A stretch of 64,000 nt of DNA from Nostoc sp. DedSLP01 (lineage in GTDB: Bacteria; Cyanobacteriota; Cyanobacteriia; Cyanobacteriales; Nostocaceae): assembly GCA_034530875.2 (NCBI GenBank), contig JAVRCJ020000012.1, forward strand, positions 128,001-192,000, given 5' to 3'. The notes below the pieces were generated by a model. That model had not been told where the DNA came from. It did not search any database and saw only the letters and a list, made by a program, of their open reading frames with translations. The position numbers were made by a program, and so were the translations under genes. This document shows positions 1 through 9,288 of this stretch, in pieces (the first letter of the stretch is position 1; every line of letters begins with the position of its first letter).

Positions 1-143
1 ATACTAGGCGAACATCAACGCGAATATGTTCTTTGTGCCCTTTGCGGTAGCCTGTGGCAAGCCACTTTGCGTCTACGTTTTTTCATTATTTGATGCGTAA
101 GTTCTAACAATACAAAGTAAAAAATTTAACTAGCCAAAGCACT

Positions 144-1052
144 ATGCCGTCACCTGATTCCTCTGCTTCAAATGTAGCAACTACTGCTCTACAAGGTATT
201 CCATTCTCGTCTTTGATTGGGGCACCGTTAAACGCAGCTATTGAAGCCCAAGCTAAGGCAGCTAAATCAACAGTAGATTTTATCAACGCTGTTGGTTTAA
301 CCGGGCCGGAACATGACCGTCGTCCGATTCAAGTTGAGTTTCTGTACTATGCCAATGGCAGAGAAACCAAACTCGTAGTTCCTTTGCTGACGATTGTCCC
401 AATTCCTTACCTAGCCATCGATGAATTAGATATCCGCTTTAAAGCAAACATTAAAGCTGAAGCATCAACATATCAAGAGGATAATTCTTCAACTGAAGAT
501 AGCTCGAAAAAAGAAATTGGTGGAGGCGTAGGTTGGGGGCCTTGGAGGGCAAAAGCTAACTTTAACGCTAATTATTCTAGTAAAAAAGATTCTAAGGCAA
601 CCCAGCAATCGAAGTACTCTGTTGAATACACTATGGATGTTCACGTTCATGCAGGGCAAGAAGATATGCCTGCTGGACTGGCGAAAGTTCTCGGTATTTT
701 GGAACAGAGTATCGCACCAACACAGGCATATACGACTATTCACTTCACAAAAGATCAAATTAAAATCGATGTCAAGAACAATAAAAATTACAAATTGATA
801 GGTACAGCTTATGATGACCAAGGCCGTGTACTAAAAGATACAGAGGTCAAGCTATTAAAGCCGCAATTACAAGCAGGGTATGGGGAAATTTCAGATCCGG
901 CTCCCGTCAAAACTGATGAAAATGGTGAATTCGTATTGTCGTTTGACTATACAAAACCTTCAGCACTACCTACTCAACCTGCGGAACCAGTAAACTTAGA
1001 GGTTAGTGCTGGTCATGCTAAGAAAACTATCAAGGCCTTAATTTCTGAGTGA
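144..1052 (+). CDS. DUF2589-family protein with a C-terminal Ig-like (Big_1/invasin-like) domain
   Basis: N-terminal 'IPFSSLIGAPLNAAIEAQAKAAKSTVDFINAVG', 'VPLLTIVPIPYLAID' and 'MDVHVHAGQEDMPAGLAKVLGIL' match the DUF2589 pattern. The last ~110 aa ('GTAYDDQGRVLKDTEV...VKTDENGEF') look like a bacterial Ig-like fold. Confidence 0.8.
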   Translation: MPSPDSSASNVATTALQGIPFSSLIGAPLNAAIEAQAKAAKSTVDFINAVGLTGPEHDRRPIQVEFLYYANGRETKLVVPLLTIVPIPYLAIDELDIRFKANIKAEASTYQEDNSSTEDSSKKEIGGGVGWGPWRAKANFNANYSSKKDSKATQQSKYSVEYTMDVHVHAGQEDMPAGLAKVLGILEQSIAPTQAYTTIHFTKDQIKIDVKNNKNYKLIGTAYDDQGRVLKDTEVKLLKPQLQAGYGEISDPAPVKTDENGEFVLSFDYTKPSALPTQPAEPVNLEVSAGHAKKTIKALISE

Positions 1053-1433
1053 GATTGAATAACTTGCAACTTAAGGCATTGCAGGGATGGGTGATGCTGG
1101 TAAATCCTAAACATTGCTCCTTTTCACCCTAGACTAAAAGGATATGGGGATGGAAAACCATAGTTATTTCATCCCCACGATGAGCAATCCCTACAAGCCA
1201 AATAACAAGATAAGTAGCAATATATTTAACTATTCAATCTCACTCGATAAGTAGAAAGCTGCTTATATATTTGGCTTTTTATCCAGCCATTGTTTTAGGC
1301 TTGTAATCGATTTCAACAAGTAAGTTTCAATCTTCAATACGTTTGTATATCAATACAAAAAATTACTAATTCTATCTATGATTAGTGAGACAAACAATAA
1401 TTACAGGTTTCAAAAAATTGGAGATGTTAATAA

Positions 1434-2369
1434 ATGCTACTAAATCAACTTGTTTCTGCAATTCTTAATGATTTAACTAGGGCGCAAGACTTGGCAAATG
1501 AATATTCTAGCCAACTGAGTCGAAAGTACAACAAGTACCAATCTGAGAAAGATAATTTATTAGATAATTATCAAGTTCCATCAGGAATATTGCATGAAAT
1601 TGAACTCGATTTAAAGTTTGCGATCGAAACATTAAGTCAAAATAAGCTAACATTTGATTTAGATAATATAGGAACATACGATAACTGTGAGAGATTAGCT
1701 AAAGAGATAATCACCGAAGCCAAAACAGAAATCAAAGAGCTTATTAATCATATCGGAGTACCTCAAAGCTCTTCAGAGACTACTGTATCTCTATCTAGCC
1801 TGCCTACATTAACATCTAGAGAGCAATCACAATCATCAGACCCTCAAGACGAACGGCAACAGGCGATTAAATTTTGGCACGGCTTAAAAACTCAACTTGA
1901 AGAAAAAGAATATATTCAATTTTATATTACAAAGCTAACAGAATTTATTTTCCATGAAGGAAAAAACGAATTTTCACGAAGTAAGAAGTGGATAAGTGAA
2001 ACGGATCTTAAAGATATTATCTATGAAGCTCTTTATGAATTAGTAATAGATAATGATGATTTTAGCTATCTTCTTAAAACAACAAAAGAAGCTTTTAACA
2101 AAACAGATGAAGAGATAGAACAATGGAATATTCATTTGGCAACTAAATTTCATGAAATAGCAAAAAAATATAGTACAAGTCCAGCTAGTAAATCATTATT
2201 AGTTCAATTATCCGGAATTCCAAATACAGAAATTATTGTTGCCCCTAGTGTTTTGAAAGATATTCCAATTGAGATGATTTCAACACTTAAAATTAAGGCC
2301 GGATTGCAGAGCTATCGATGGATAATAGGCGAAGGTGGGACACAAAATCTACAGAAAGTAAAAGATTAA
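1434..2369 (+). CDS. Hypothetical protein, probable divergent DUF2589-like subunit with a large helical insert
   Basis: 311-aa ORF preceded by GGAG. The N-terminal helix 'LNQLVSAILNDLTRAQDLANEYS' and 'YQVPSGILHEIELDLKFAI' parallel the helix + VP + beta-strand layout of its neighbours. Confidence 0.6.
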   Translation: MLLNQLVSAILNDLTRAQDLANEYSSQLSRKYNKYQSEKDNLLDNYQVPSGILHEIELDLKFAIETLSQNKLTFDLDNIGTYDNCERLAKEIITEAKTEIKELINHIGVPQSSSETTVSLSSLPTLTSREQSQSSDPQDERQQAIKFWHGLKTQLEEKEYIQFYITKLTEFIFHEGKNEFSRSKKWISETDLKDIIYEALYELVIDNDDFSYLLKTTKEAFNKTDEEIEQWNIHLATKFHEIAKKYSTSPASKSLLVQLSGIPNTEIIVAPSVLKDIPIEMISTLKIKAGLQSYRWIIGEGGTQNLQKVKD

Positions 2370-2491
2370 AAATAGGGAAAGCTATCTAAAGATACTTTCG
2401 TATATTTCTTTTAATGGAGTTTGCAAAAATCATTTAGAGAAATATACAGAAATAGTGAGAGTTTTATTTATTAGAAAAAAGACAGGAGATT

Positions 2492-3148
2492 ATGCCACTA
2501 GAAGAAGATAAAGTTATTAGTTTCCAAAAATTGCTTGCTGAACCTCTCATTGCGACTATGCACGCAGATTTTGAAGCTGGCATCCAGTTTGTAGAGTTTT
2601 TCCAAAAATATGGGCTAGAAGAGGTGGATGATAATACCGAAGAAGAAGACACACAAGGGAATACCCAAAAAAAACTAAGCTTTAAAATGGTGACATTTTG
2701 CTATCGCCAAGGAGACCAAAAATACAGTGTACAAGTACCGCTACTATCACTAATTCCACTACCACTACTACAGATTGATACTGCTGAGTTTGAGTTTAAC
2801 ATTCGGATATTTACTGAAGTTGCTAACCCAAATCAGCCATCTTACAACCCTGAAAAAAGTGGAACGAATGACAAAAGTAGTCAAAGTGAATATGGCAAAT
2901 ATGAAGGTATGAAGGCAAGGTTAGCCCCTACAACAGTTAAGGGGGAAGATGGCAAACCAATACAATCAGTCGATTCAAACATGAAGGTGACTGTGAAAAT
3001 GAAGCAAGCGGATTTACCAGTAGGGATGATCCGATTAATGAGGGTATTTGAAAATAGTACCAACATTATCCCGGACAATAAGCCAATAAAAAAACAAGGT
3101 CAGATAAAAGACAGCGAAAGAGAGGAAAAAGTGGAAACAGCCACATAA
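2492..3148 (+). CDS. DUF2589-family protein (second paralogue)
   Basis: AGGAG RBS; motifs 'FQKLLAEPLIATMHAD...FVEFFQKYG', 'VQVPLLSLIPLPLLQIDTAEFEFNI', 'MKVTVKMKQADLPVGMIRLM'. Confidence 0.8.
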   Translation: MPLEEDKVISFQKLLAEPLIATMHADFEAGIQFVEFFQKYGLEEVDDNTEEEDTQGNTQKKLSFKMVTFCYRQGDQKYSVQVPLLSLIPLPLLQIDTAEFEFNIRIFTEVANPNQPSYNPEKSGTNDKSSQSEYGKYEGMKARLAPTTVKGEDGKPIQSVDSNMKVTVKMKQADLPVGMIRLMRVFENSTNIIPDNKPIKKQGQIKDSEREEKVETAT

Positions 3149-3207
3149 AAAGATAAATACATCTCTGTCGAATTAGAACCCAATAAAAAATAAAGGAAAA
3201 AAAGAAA

Positions 3208-3456
3208 ATGAGAAATAGAGAAGTTAAGCAAGGAAATCAAGGACAACAACGCACCCCAGGAATGCCATGTCCAGAGTGCGGCTTTCAAATTGAAATGTCG
3301 ATATATAGTTTACTGACTCAGGCTGAGTTCAAGTGTCCGGGATGCTTGTTGACATTAAGTATGGATAGGGAAGTATCGAGACCAGCGTTAGAACTCCTGC
3401 AAAAGGTAAACACTCAGATGGAGACTATGGATAAGCACAAGAGGTTTGAGAGGTAG
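3208..3456 (+). CDS. Small Zn-ribbon protein (CxxC...CxxC)
   Basis: CPEC and CPGC pairs followed by a C-terminal helix; co-directional with the DUF2589 genes. Confidence 0.75.
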   Translation: MRNREVKQGNQGQQRTPGMPCPECGFQIEMSIYSLLTQAEFKCPGCLLTLSMDREVSRPALELLQKVNTQMETMDKHKRFER

Positions 3457-3590
3457 CGCCGAGCAAATCATCAGACTCAGGGTAAAAAAGAATTAGCCTC
3501 AAAGGAAGTGATGTGTAGGATTACTCAAACAAATGTATTAAATTTCCGGGTGACGAGAACAGGTAAAGAGAATAAAAGGAGAAAAAACGT

Positions 3591-4169
3591 ATGTATATCA
3601 AAACGACAAAGATGTCAGCAGCAGAAGAAAAATTTGAGAAATTCAGGTACGAACTTTTAATTCAGAAGGAAGACGAACCGTATAGTGAGTTAGGTTATAT
3701 ATTGCTCTATCGAGGCTGTAACAGTGATGCTCAATATGAGGGAATAATCAATGAAAGCACGGCGGGAGGTATGAAAAAATCGCAAGAAGTGAGTAACAAA
3801 AACGTTGAGGAACTGAAGTGTAAGTATGGAGATCAAAAATACAGCCGACCATCGACAGAACAAGCCAAAAGGTATGTGGCAGGTAACTTTGGTGCAGAAG
3901 CTGTGCCAGCTCAAATACCGGGAATGCTACATAAGGATGCGCTAAAATTTTGTGGAGATATAGTAGAGTACTCATGGGACAAAAAAACAGCGCAAAGTTT
4001 TGGACTCAGAGGTGGACTAGTTTGTGTGAAGGTTCACATAAGTCATTTAAAGTGGGGATCTGAGGCGGAATGTGGGATGGTGATGTATAGTGACGTAAAA
4101 GTGGAAGTACATCTGTCTGAGTGCCTCAAGCGTGAGAAACTCAGCAAAAGCCTAGGCATATCAAGCTGA
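3591..4169 (+). CDS. Hypothetical protein with ADP-ribosyltransferase-like (R-S-E) motif arrangement
   Basis: AAGGAG RBS; 'LLYRG', 'VEYSWDKKTAQSFG' and 'GSEAECG' occur in the order typical of R-S-E ARTs. Recalled similarity to DUF4765-type domains is unverified. Confidence 0.55.
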   Translation: MYIKTTKMSAAEEKFEKFRYELLIQKEDEPYSELGYILLYRGCNSDAQYEGIINESTAGGMKKSQEVSNKNVEELKCKYGDQKYSRPSTEQAKRYVAGNFGAEAVPAQIPGMLHKDALKFCGDIVEYSWDKKTAQSFGLRGGLVCVKVHISHLKWGSEAECGMVMYSDVKVEVHLSECLKREKLSKSLGISS

Positions 4170-4300
4170 GAAATGGGCTCCACAAAAAGCTCGACTTTCT
4201 TTAGTAAAATCCCCAACTCCGACGCTAAAAACCAATACCCCAGAAAATTAAAGTCCTGTGATATACACACAATAAAGGTGTTATCCGGATGCTTTTCCAC
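4160..4300 (-). pseudogene. Reverse transcriptase C-terminal fragment (degenerate)
   Basis: Translation VEKHPDNTFIVCISQDFNFLGYWF...VELFVEPISQL resembles the RT motif 'KHPDKTFIGRISRGFDFLGY'. No YxDD core or N-terminal RT region is present. Confidence 0.65.
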
Positions 4301-4731
4301 TACGAATATTACAACTTTGGCAACTCTAGCTGGCGTGAAGCAGAGTTATGCACTAGGGTATCGACAATACAAAGCGTACAAGTTGCCCAACGATCGCCCC
4401 ATAACCTAATCCACATCATCAAGGCGATCGCATCGCAGCTCCTCTTCTTTGATTACGGCAAGTGCGTTAGCATCAGCATAGTGTACATTCACTAGATTAT
4501 CGACTAAAAAACTGACCTCGTTACTCGATCGCAGACAAAGCTTGCGTAAATTGCTACGTACCCGTTAAATTACTTATGTGATGTAAAGCGATCGCTCCTG
4601 GTTAATTAAAATCAAAAAGTGTAGGGGATTCGCTAAGCGATCGGGCTTTGAGAAAATAAAAAGTAATTTTTAGTGATTTCTAGGAAACTAGTAAATAACT
4701 ATATGATGAATAACTTCCAGGAGGAGCGTTA

Positions 4732-6015
4732 GTGAGCTTACAAACTCTAGTTGAACAAACCGCCATCTCCCCAGATTCAGGGTCTCTAACATCTAGTCCT
4801 TTTGATACAGATAGCTTTAATCAAGCTGTGATGTCTACTTATGGGCGCTTTCCCTTAGCGCTAGAACGGGGTGCTGGGTGTCGCGTTTGGGATACACAGG
4901 GGCGCGAATATTTGGATTTTGTGGCAGGAATTGCCACTTGCACTTTAGGACATGCCCACCCAGCGATGGTGGAAGCGGTGACGCGGCAAATTCAAAAGCT
5001 GCACCATGTCTCTAATTTGTACTACATTCCCGAACAAGGTGAATTGGCAAAATGGATAATTGACCATTCCTGTGCCGATCGCGTATTTTTCTGCAACTCT
5101 GGAGCTGAAGCTAACGAAGCAGCAATTAAATTAGCCCGAAAATATGCCCACACAGTATTAGACATTGAAAAACCAATTATTTTAACCGCCAATGCCAGTT
5201 TCCACGGCCGGACTTTGGCGACGATTACCGCTACGGGACAACCGAAGTATCAAAAGCACTTCGATCCTTTGATGCCTGGGTTCCACTACGTAAATTACAA
5301 CGATATTAACTCCGTAGAAGTCGCCATTAGCGAGTTAGATGAAGGCGATTATCGCGTAGCAGCGATTTTGATTGAGCCTTTGCAAGGAGAAGGCGGCGTG
5401 CGTCCGGGAGACGTTGCTTATTTCAAAAAGCTACGGGAGATTTGCGACGAAACCGGGATTTTGCTGATTTTTGATGAAGTGCAAGTCGGTATGGGTCGCA
5501 GCGGTCACTTTTGGGGTTACGAACATCTCGGCGTAGAACCGGATATTTTCACCAGCGCTAAAGGCTTGGGTGGCGGTATCCCCATCGGTGCGATGATGAG
5601 CAAAAAATTCTGTGACGTTTTTCAACCAGGAGAACATGCGAGTACTTTTGGTGGCAATCCTTTTGCCTGTGGCGTAGCGCTGAGTGTTTGCCAAACATTA
5701 GAGCGAGAAAATATCTTGCAGAATGTCCAAGACAGAGGCGAACAGTTACGAAGTGGATTAAAAGCGATCGCTGCGAAATATCCCCATCACATCAGTGAAG
5801 TCCGGGGTTGGGGTTTAATTAACGGTTTGGAATTGCGGTCTGAAATTGCCCTCACCGCAGCTGATGTCGTTAATGCTGCTATAAATGAGGGTTTACTGCT
5901 GGTACCAGCCGGGCCAAAAGTTATCCGCTTTGTACCACCGTTGATTGTCACAGAAGCCGAAGTCAACACTGCTTTAGAGGTTCTGGACAAAGCACTTGCG
6001 ATCGCCACAAAATAG
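4732..6015 (+). CDS. argD: Acetylornithine aminotransferase
   Basis: Class III PLP aminotransferase motifs (FCNSGAEANEAAIKLAR, FHGRT, FDEVQVGMGRSG, SAKGLGGG, HASTFGGNP); GGAGGAG RBS before GTG. Confidence 0.95.
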   Translation: MSLQTLVEQTAISPDSGSLTSSPFDTDSFNQAVMSTYGRFPLALERGAGCRVWDTQGREYLDFVAGIATCTLGHAHPAMVEAVTRQIQKLHHVSNLYYIPEQGELAKWIIDHSCADRVFFCNSGAEANEAAIKLARKYAHTVLDIEKPIILTANASFHGRTLATITATGQPKYQKHFDPLMPGFHYVNYNDINSVEVAISELDEGDYRVAAILIEPLQGEGGVRPGDVAYFKKLREICDETGILLIFDEVQVGMGRSGHFWGYEHLGVEPDIFTSAKGLGGGIPIGAMMSKKFCDVFQPGEHASTFGGNPFACGVALSVCQTLERENILQNVQDRGEQLRSGLKAIAAKYPHHISEVRGWGLINGLELRSEIALTAADVVNAAINEGLLLVPAGPKVIRFVPPLIVTEAEVNTALEVLDKALAIATK

Positions 6016-6075
6016 GCGAGCTATATAATCTAATGCTTCTTACTTTGATACAACACATTAGCTGCTGTTGTGTTT

Positions 6076-6118
6076 GTCAACTACCTACACCTACTCCAAT
6101 AGGAGAGGTGTAGGCTTC
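6076..6118. repeat. Hairpin resembling an IS200/IS605-type element end
   Basis: gtcaacta-cctacacct-actcc-aata-ggag-aggtgtagg-cttc: a long stem flanked by GTCAACTACC...GGCTTC. Confidence 0.4.
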
Positions 6119-6155
6119 TAGTTTTATCGCAGTCATGGCTAACAACTTGAAGAAA

Positions 6156-6314
6156 AATTCAGAAGTCAGAATTAATTAGTGGGGGATTCAGAGGAACCAC
6201 TAATTTTTGCACCTAATTTTTAATTTGCTAGGGGTGCAAAAACGCCGTTTATTCATCCACCAGTCGTACAAAATACCCAACTAACTGAATTCTGAATCCT
6301 GACTTCTGAATTCT
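6156..6314. repeat. MITE-like element with heptamer-based inverted termini
   Basis: aattcagaagtcagaatt ... aattctgaatcctgacttctgaatt inverted ends, with an internal hairpin tttgcacc/ggtgcaaa. Confidence 0.5.
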
Positions 6315-6327
6315 GTTTTGATAACAT

Positions 6328-6675
6328 TCACTGTTGTTGTCTCATTTGCTGTTGAAGTTTCAATATATCCATTTCCCGTCTTTGTTGTCTTACTTGGTCT
6401 ATTTGAAATTGTCCCAACGGTTGTTGTCTTAGTTTATTTTGTTGGCGGAATTGTTCAATCCGCTGTTGTTGTTGTAGATGAAATGTATCTTGCCGCCGCC
6501 GAAATTGTTCCCACAGTTTTTGAGAAGATGGTTTTTGTGACAACTGTTTATTTTGTTGTTCTTGGTTTTGAAGTATTGTCTCTTTAATGCTTGCTTGCAC
6601 GGGAGAATAGTTAGCTAAACCTATCGTTAGGATAGTGAGTATTAGCGCTGGTTTAACTATCAATGAATTCTTCAT
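6328..6675 (-). CDS. Gln-rich secreted hypothetical protein
   Basis: Signal peptide (MKNSLIVKPALILTILTIGLANYSPVQA) followed by a Q/R-rich low-complexity helix. Start moved to the ATG at 6675. Confidence 0.7.
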   Translation of the reverse strand: MKNSLIVKPALILTILTIGLANYSPVQASIKETILQNQEQQNKQLSQKPSSQKLWEQFRRRQDTFHLQQQQRIEQFRQQNKLRQQPLGQFQIDQVRQQRREMDILKLQQQMRQQQ

Positions 6676-7130
6676 AGAGTTTTTCCAGGTGTTTGATAAC
6701 AATGTGCTGCTGAATTTAAATATTAATTAAAATTTTGTCGGTAAATAACTGCTCTCTATCTTCATTTTAGCAAATCAGGCAGAAGTGAAAATTTAAAATG
6801 CAAGATACAGAAAAATAGTCAAAAACTTCTTCATTATTGTTATGAGATAGATTATAATAACCTATCTATTTGTTTATTAAAAAACAACCATCATCAGGGT
6901 GATATTTCCTAAACTTAGTAGACTGAAAAGTTCTGCAATCGCTGTACGATGGATACATACTCATCTCGCTATTGTCTAAAAATCGTATTATTTGATACCT
7001 TATTTGAGGAATCTCGTCAAAAAATTCGGCGCTGTATAATTGCGGCCCTTGATTTGTGGATAAAATACCACAGTTAGGCGTTGATATCCTGCAATAGATA
7101 ACTTTTACCTCATGACTGGAGAGCAAAATC

Positions 7131-7769
7131 TTGGGAATAGAACTACGCAGCTTCGTGTTTCTCGACAGCTTGCAACCTCAACATGCAGCATATATGGGAA
7201 CAGTAGCCCAAGGTTTCCTACCGTTACCAGGAGATACATCGCTGTGGATTGAAATCTCACCTGGCATCGAAATTAATAAAATTACTGATGTCGCCTTGAA
7301 AGCAGCTTCTGTACGTCCGGGAGTACAAGTAGTCGAACGCTTGTATGGTCTATTAGAAGTGCATTCTGCTTCCCAAGGCGAAACCAGAGCTGCTGGTCAA
7401 GCGATTTTGGCAACACTAGGAGTCCGAAGAGAGGAATGTCTCAAACCGCGTGTTGTTTCTAGCCAAATTATCCGTAACATCGATGCTTACCAAACACAAC
7501 TGATTAATCGCACGCGCCGGGGACAGCTTTTATTAGCAGGGCAAACGCTATATGTATTAGAAGTAGAGCCTGCTGCTTACGCGGCTTTAGCTGCCAATGA
7601 AGCAGAAAAATCCGCAGCGATTAACATTCTGGAAGTACAAGCTGTAGGCAGTTTTGGACGGCTTTACTTAGGTGGCGAAGAACGAGATATTCTAGCAGGT
7701 GCGGCCGGAGCGTTAACGGCTATTGAAAGCGTACCTGGTCGAAATCCTCACACTGGACGTCAGGAATAA
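7131..7769 (+). CDS. ccmP: Tandem-BMC-domain carboxysome shell protein CcmP
   Basis: 212 aa beginning [26 protein letters not shown], with '[12 protein letters not shown]' and '[11 protein letters not shown]', as in cyanobacterial CcmP. Confidence 0.85.
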   Translation: MGIELRSFVFLDSLQPQHAAYMGTVAQGFLPLPGDTSLWIEISPGIEINKITDVALKAASVRPGVQVVERLYGLLEVHSASQGETRAAGQAILATLGVRREECLKPRVVSSQIIRNIDAYQTQLINRTRRGQLLLAGQTLYVLEVEPAAYAALAANEAEKSAAINILEVQAVGSFGRLYLGGEERDILAGAAGALTAIESVPGRNPHTGRQE

Positions 7770-7779
7770 AGGAGAGAAA

Positions 7780-8586
7780 ATGGCAAATCGAGAGCATCTG
7801 GTTTTGCTCAAAACAGGTGCAGTTACATGGACTGAGTGGAGAAAGCAAAATCCCCAAATTCAACCAGACCTTAGCGCTGCAAATCTGGAAGGCGATAACC
7901 TCAGAGGTGCACAACTCCAGGGGACAAATTTGAGCAAGGTAGATTTAGCTAATGCTTTACTTGTGCGGGCAAACCTCAGCGGTGCCGAACTCAGTGGTGC
8001 AAACCTCCACAAAGCCTTGTTGATTGAAGCTAATCTCAGTGGTGCAAATCTCAGCATTGCTAACTTGAGTGATGCCATACTCTCACAAGCAGATTTGAGC
8101 GATGCTAATTTGATTGGTGCTGACTTGAGTCAGACAAATCTTAGAGATGCTACGATCGCTAATGCTAATCTCATTGGTACTGACTTAAAGAGCGCCAACT
8201 TGAGAGATGCAGATTTAAATGGAGCCAAACTGATCCGCGCTAACCTCTGTTTTGCTAACCTCATTGAAGCTAACTTGATTGGCGCTGATTTGAGCGAGAG
8301 CAGCTTATACGATGCGGAAATGTTGGGAGCATATCTTTACAAAACTGACTTTTATAAAGCTAATTTGACCAAGGCTCACTTGAGTGGTGCATATCTGTTA
8401 TATGCAAACTTGAATGAAGCTGATTTGAGCCAAGCTGATTTGAGTTGGACTAACCTAAGACGAGCGAATTTAGCAGGGGCTAATCTGAGAAAAGCCAACC
8501 TCAGAGGAGCTGACCTCAGAGGAGCCAATCTCAGCGGCGTCAATTTTCAAGAAGCAATTATGCCAGATTCTTCAAAGCACGATTAG
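7780..8586 (+). CDS. Pentapeptide repeat protein
   Basis: Continuous A(N/D)LxX pentapeptide repeats. ATG at 7780 follows AAGGAG immediately after ccmP. Confidence 0.92.
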   Translation: MANREHLVLLKTGAVTWTEWRKQNPQIQPDLSAANLEGDNLRGAQLQGTNLSKVDLANALLVRANLSGAELSGANLHKALLIEANLSGANLSIANLSDAILSQADLSDANLIGADLSQTNLRDATIANANLIGTDLKSANLRDADLNGAKLIRANLCFANLIEANLIGADLSESSLYDAEMLGAYLYKTDFYKANLTKAHLSGAYLLYANLNEADLSQADLSWTNLRRANLAGANLRKANLRGADLRGANLSGVNFQEAIMPDSSKHD

Positions 8587-9288
8587 TCAATAAAATACAG
8601 CACAATTCAGTATTATTTAACTCCAACAGTCTTTATATTAAAGACTTTTATTTAATTGTCTAAAAAACTTGCTTTCAATTTAAAATCCCTGATATTTTAC
8701 TTTATGCAGACGCGAGTAATTGCGTCTCTAATAACGTAAATTTAAGTTGAAAAATAAAATCGGATTGCTATAACTGGCTTTAAAATTAGAGTTTGTATTT
8801 AATCGCTAGCCAAAAATGTAGTGTAAATTATACTCGAAACTTTTGGGTGCGATCGCCGATTTAGAGTCTAGAATTATTGATTTTTATATTATTGACAACT
8901 ATCTAAGGAGTGAAAAATCCTCATCAAATTACAACCATTAGTTAGTTGTATAATTTAGCTAATAGCTCGAGAATATTACTTGTATCGCCCGCATACATTT
9001 TCCTTTATTGAATATTAATAAATATGATGATGCATCAAGTTAGGTCGTATTAACTCTTTTCAGCAATTATAAAGGCACGGCTACTAAAAGCCAATTAATA
9101 TACTCGATAAACGCGATTATACGCACGAGCCGATCTTGATTTTCAACACCTGTCTTTACGATCGAAATATCTCTTTTAATTATTAGTGTTCTCTGCGAGT
9201 CTGGAACACTCGGATAAAAAGTAGAATTTTTGGTAAAATTTTTGCCTTTTGCCCCGTTCAGTAAATTTTTTTCCTGGAGGATATTGTC

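Noticed and set aside
4300..4409. Possible PIN/VapC toxin C-terminal remnant (TTLATLAGVKQSYALGYRQYKAYKLPNDRPIT)
   Set aside because: Only a loose resemblance over ~35 aa with the key acidic residues missing; cannot be supported without a search.
7131..8586. Novel bacterial microcompartment locus
   Set aside because: The single BMC gene matches ccmP, which normally lies apart from the main ccm operon; there are no other shell or cargo genes.
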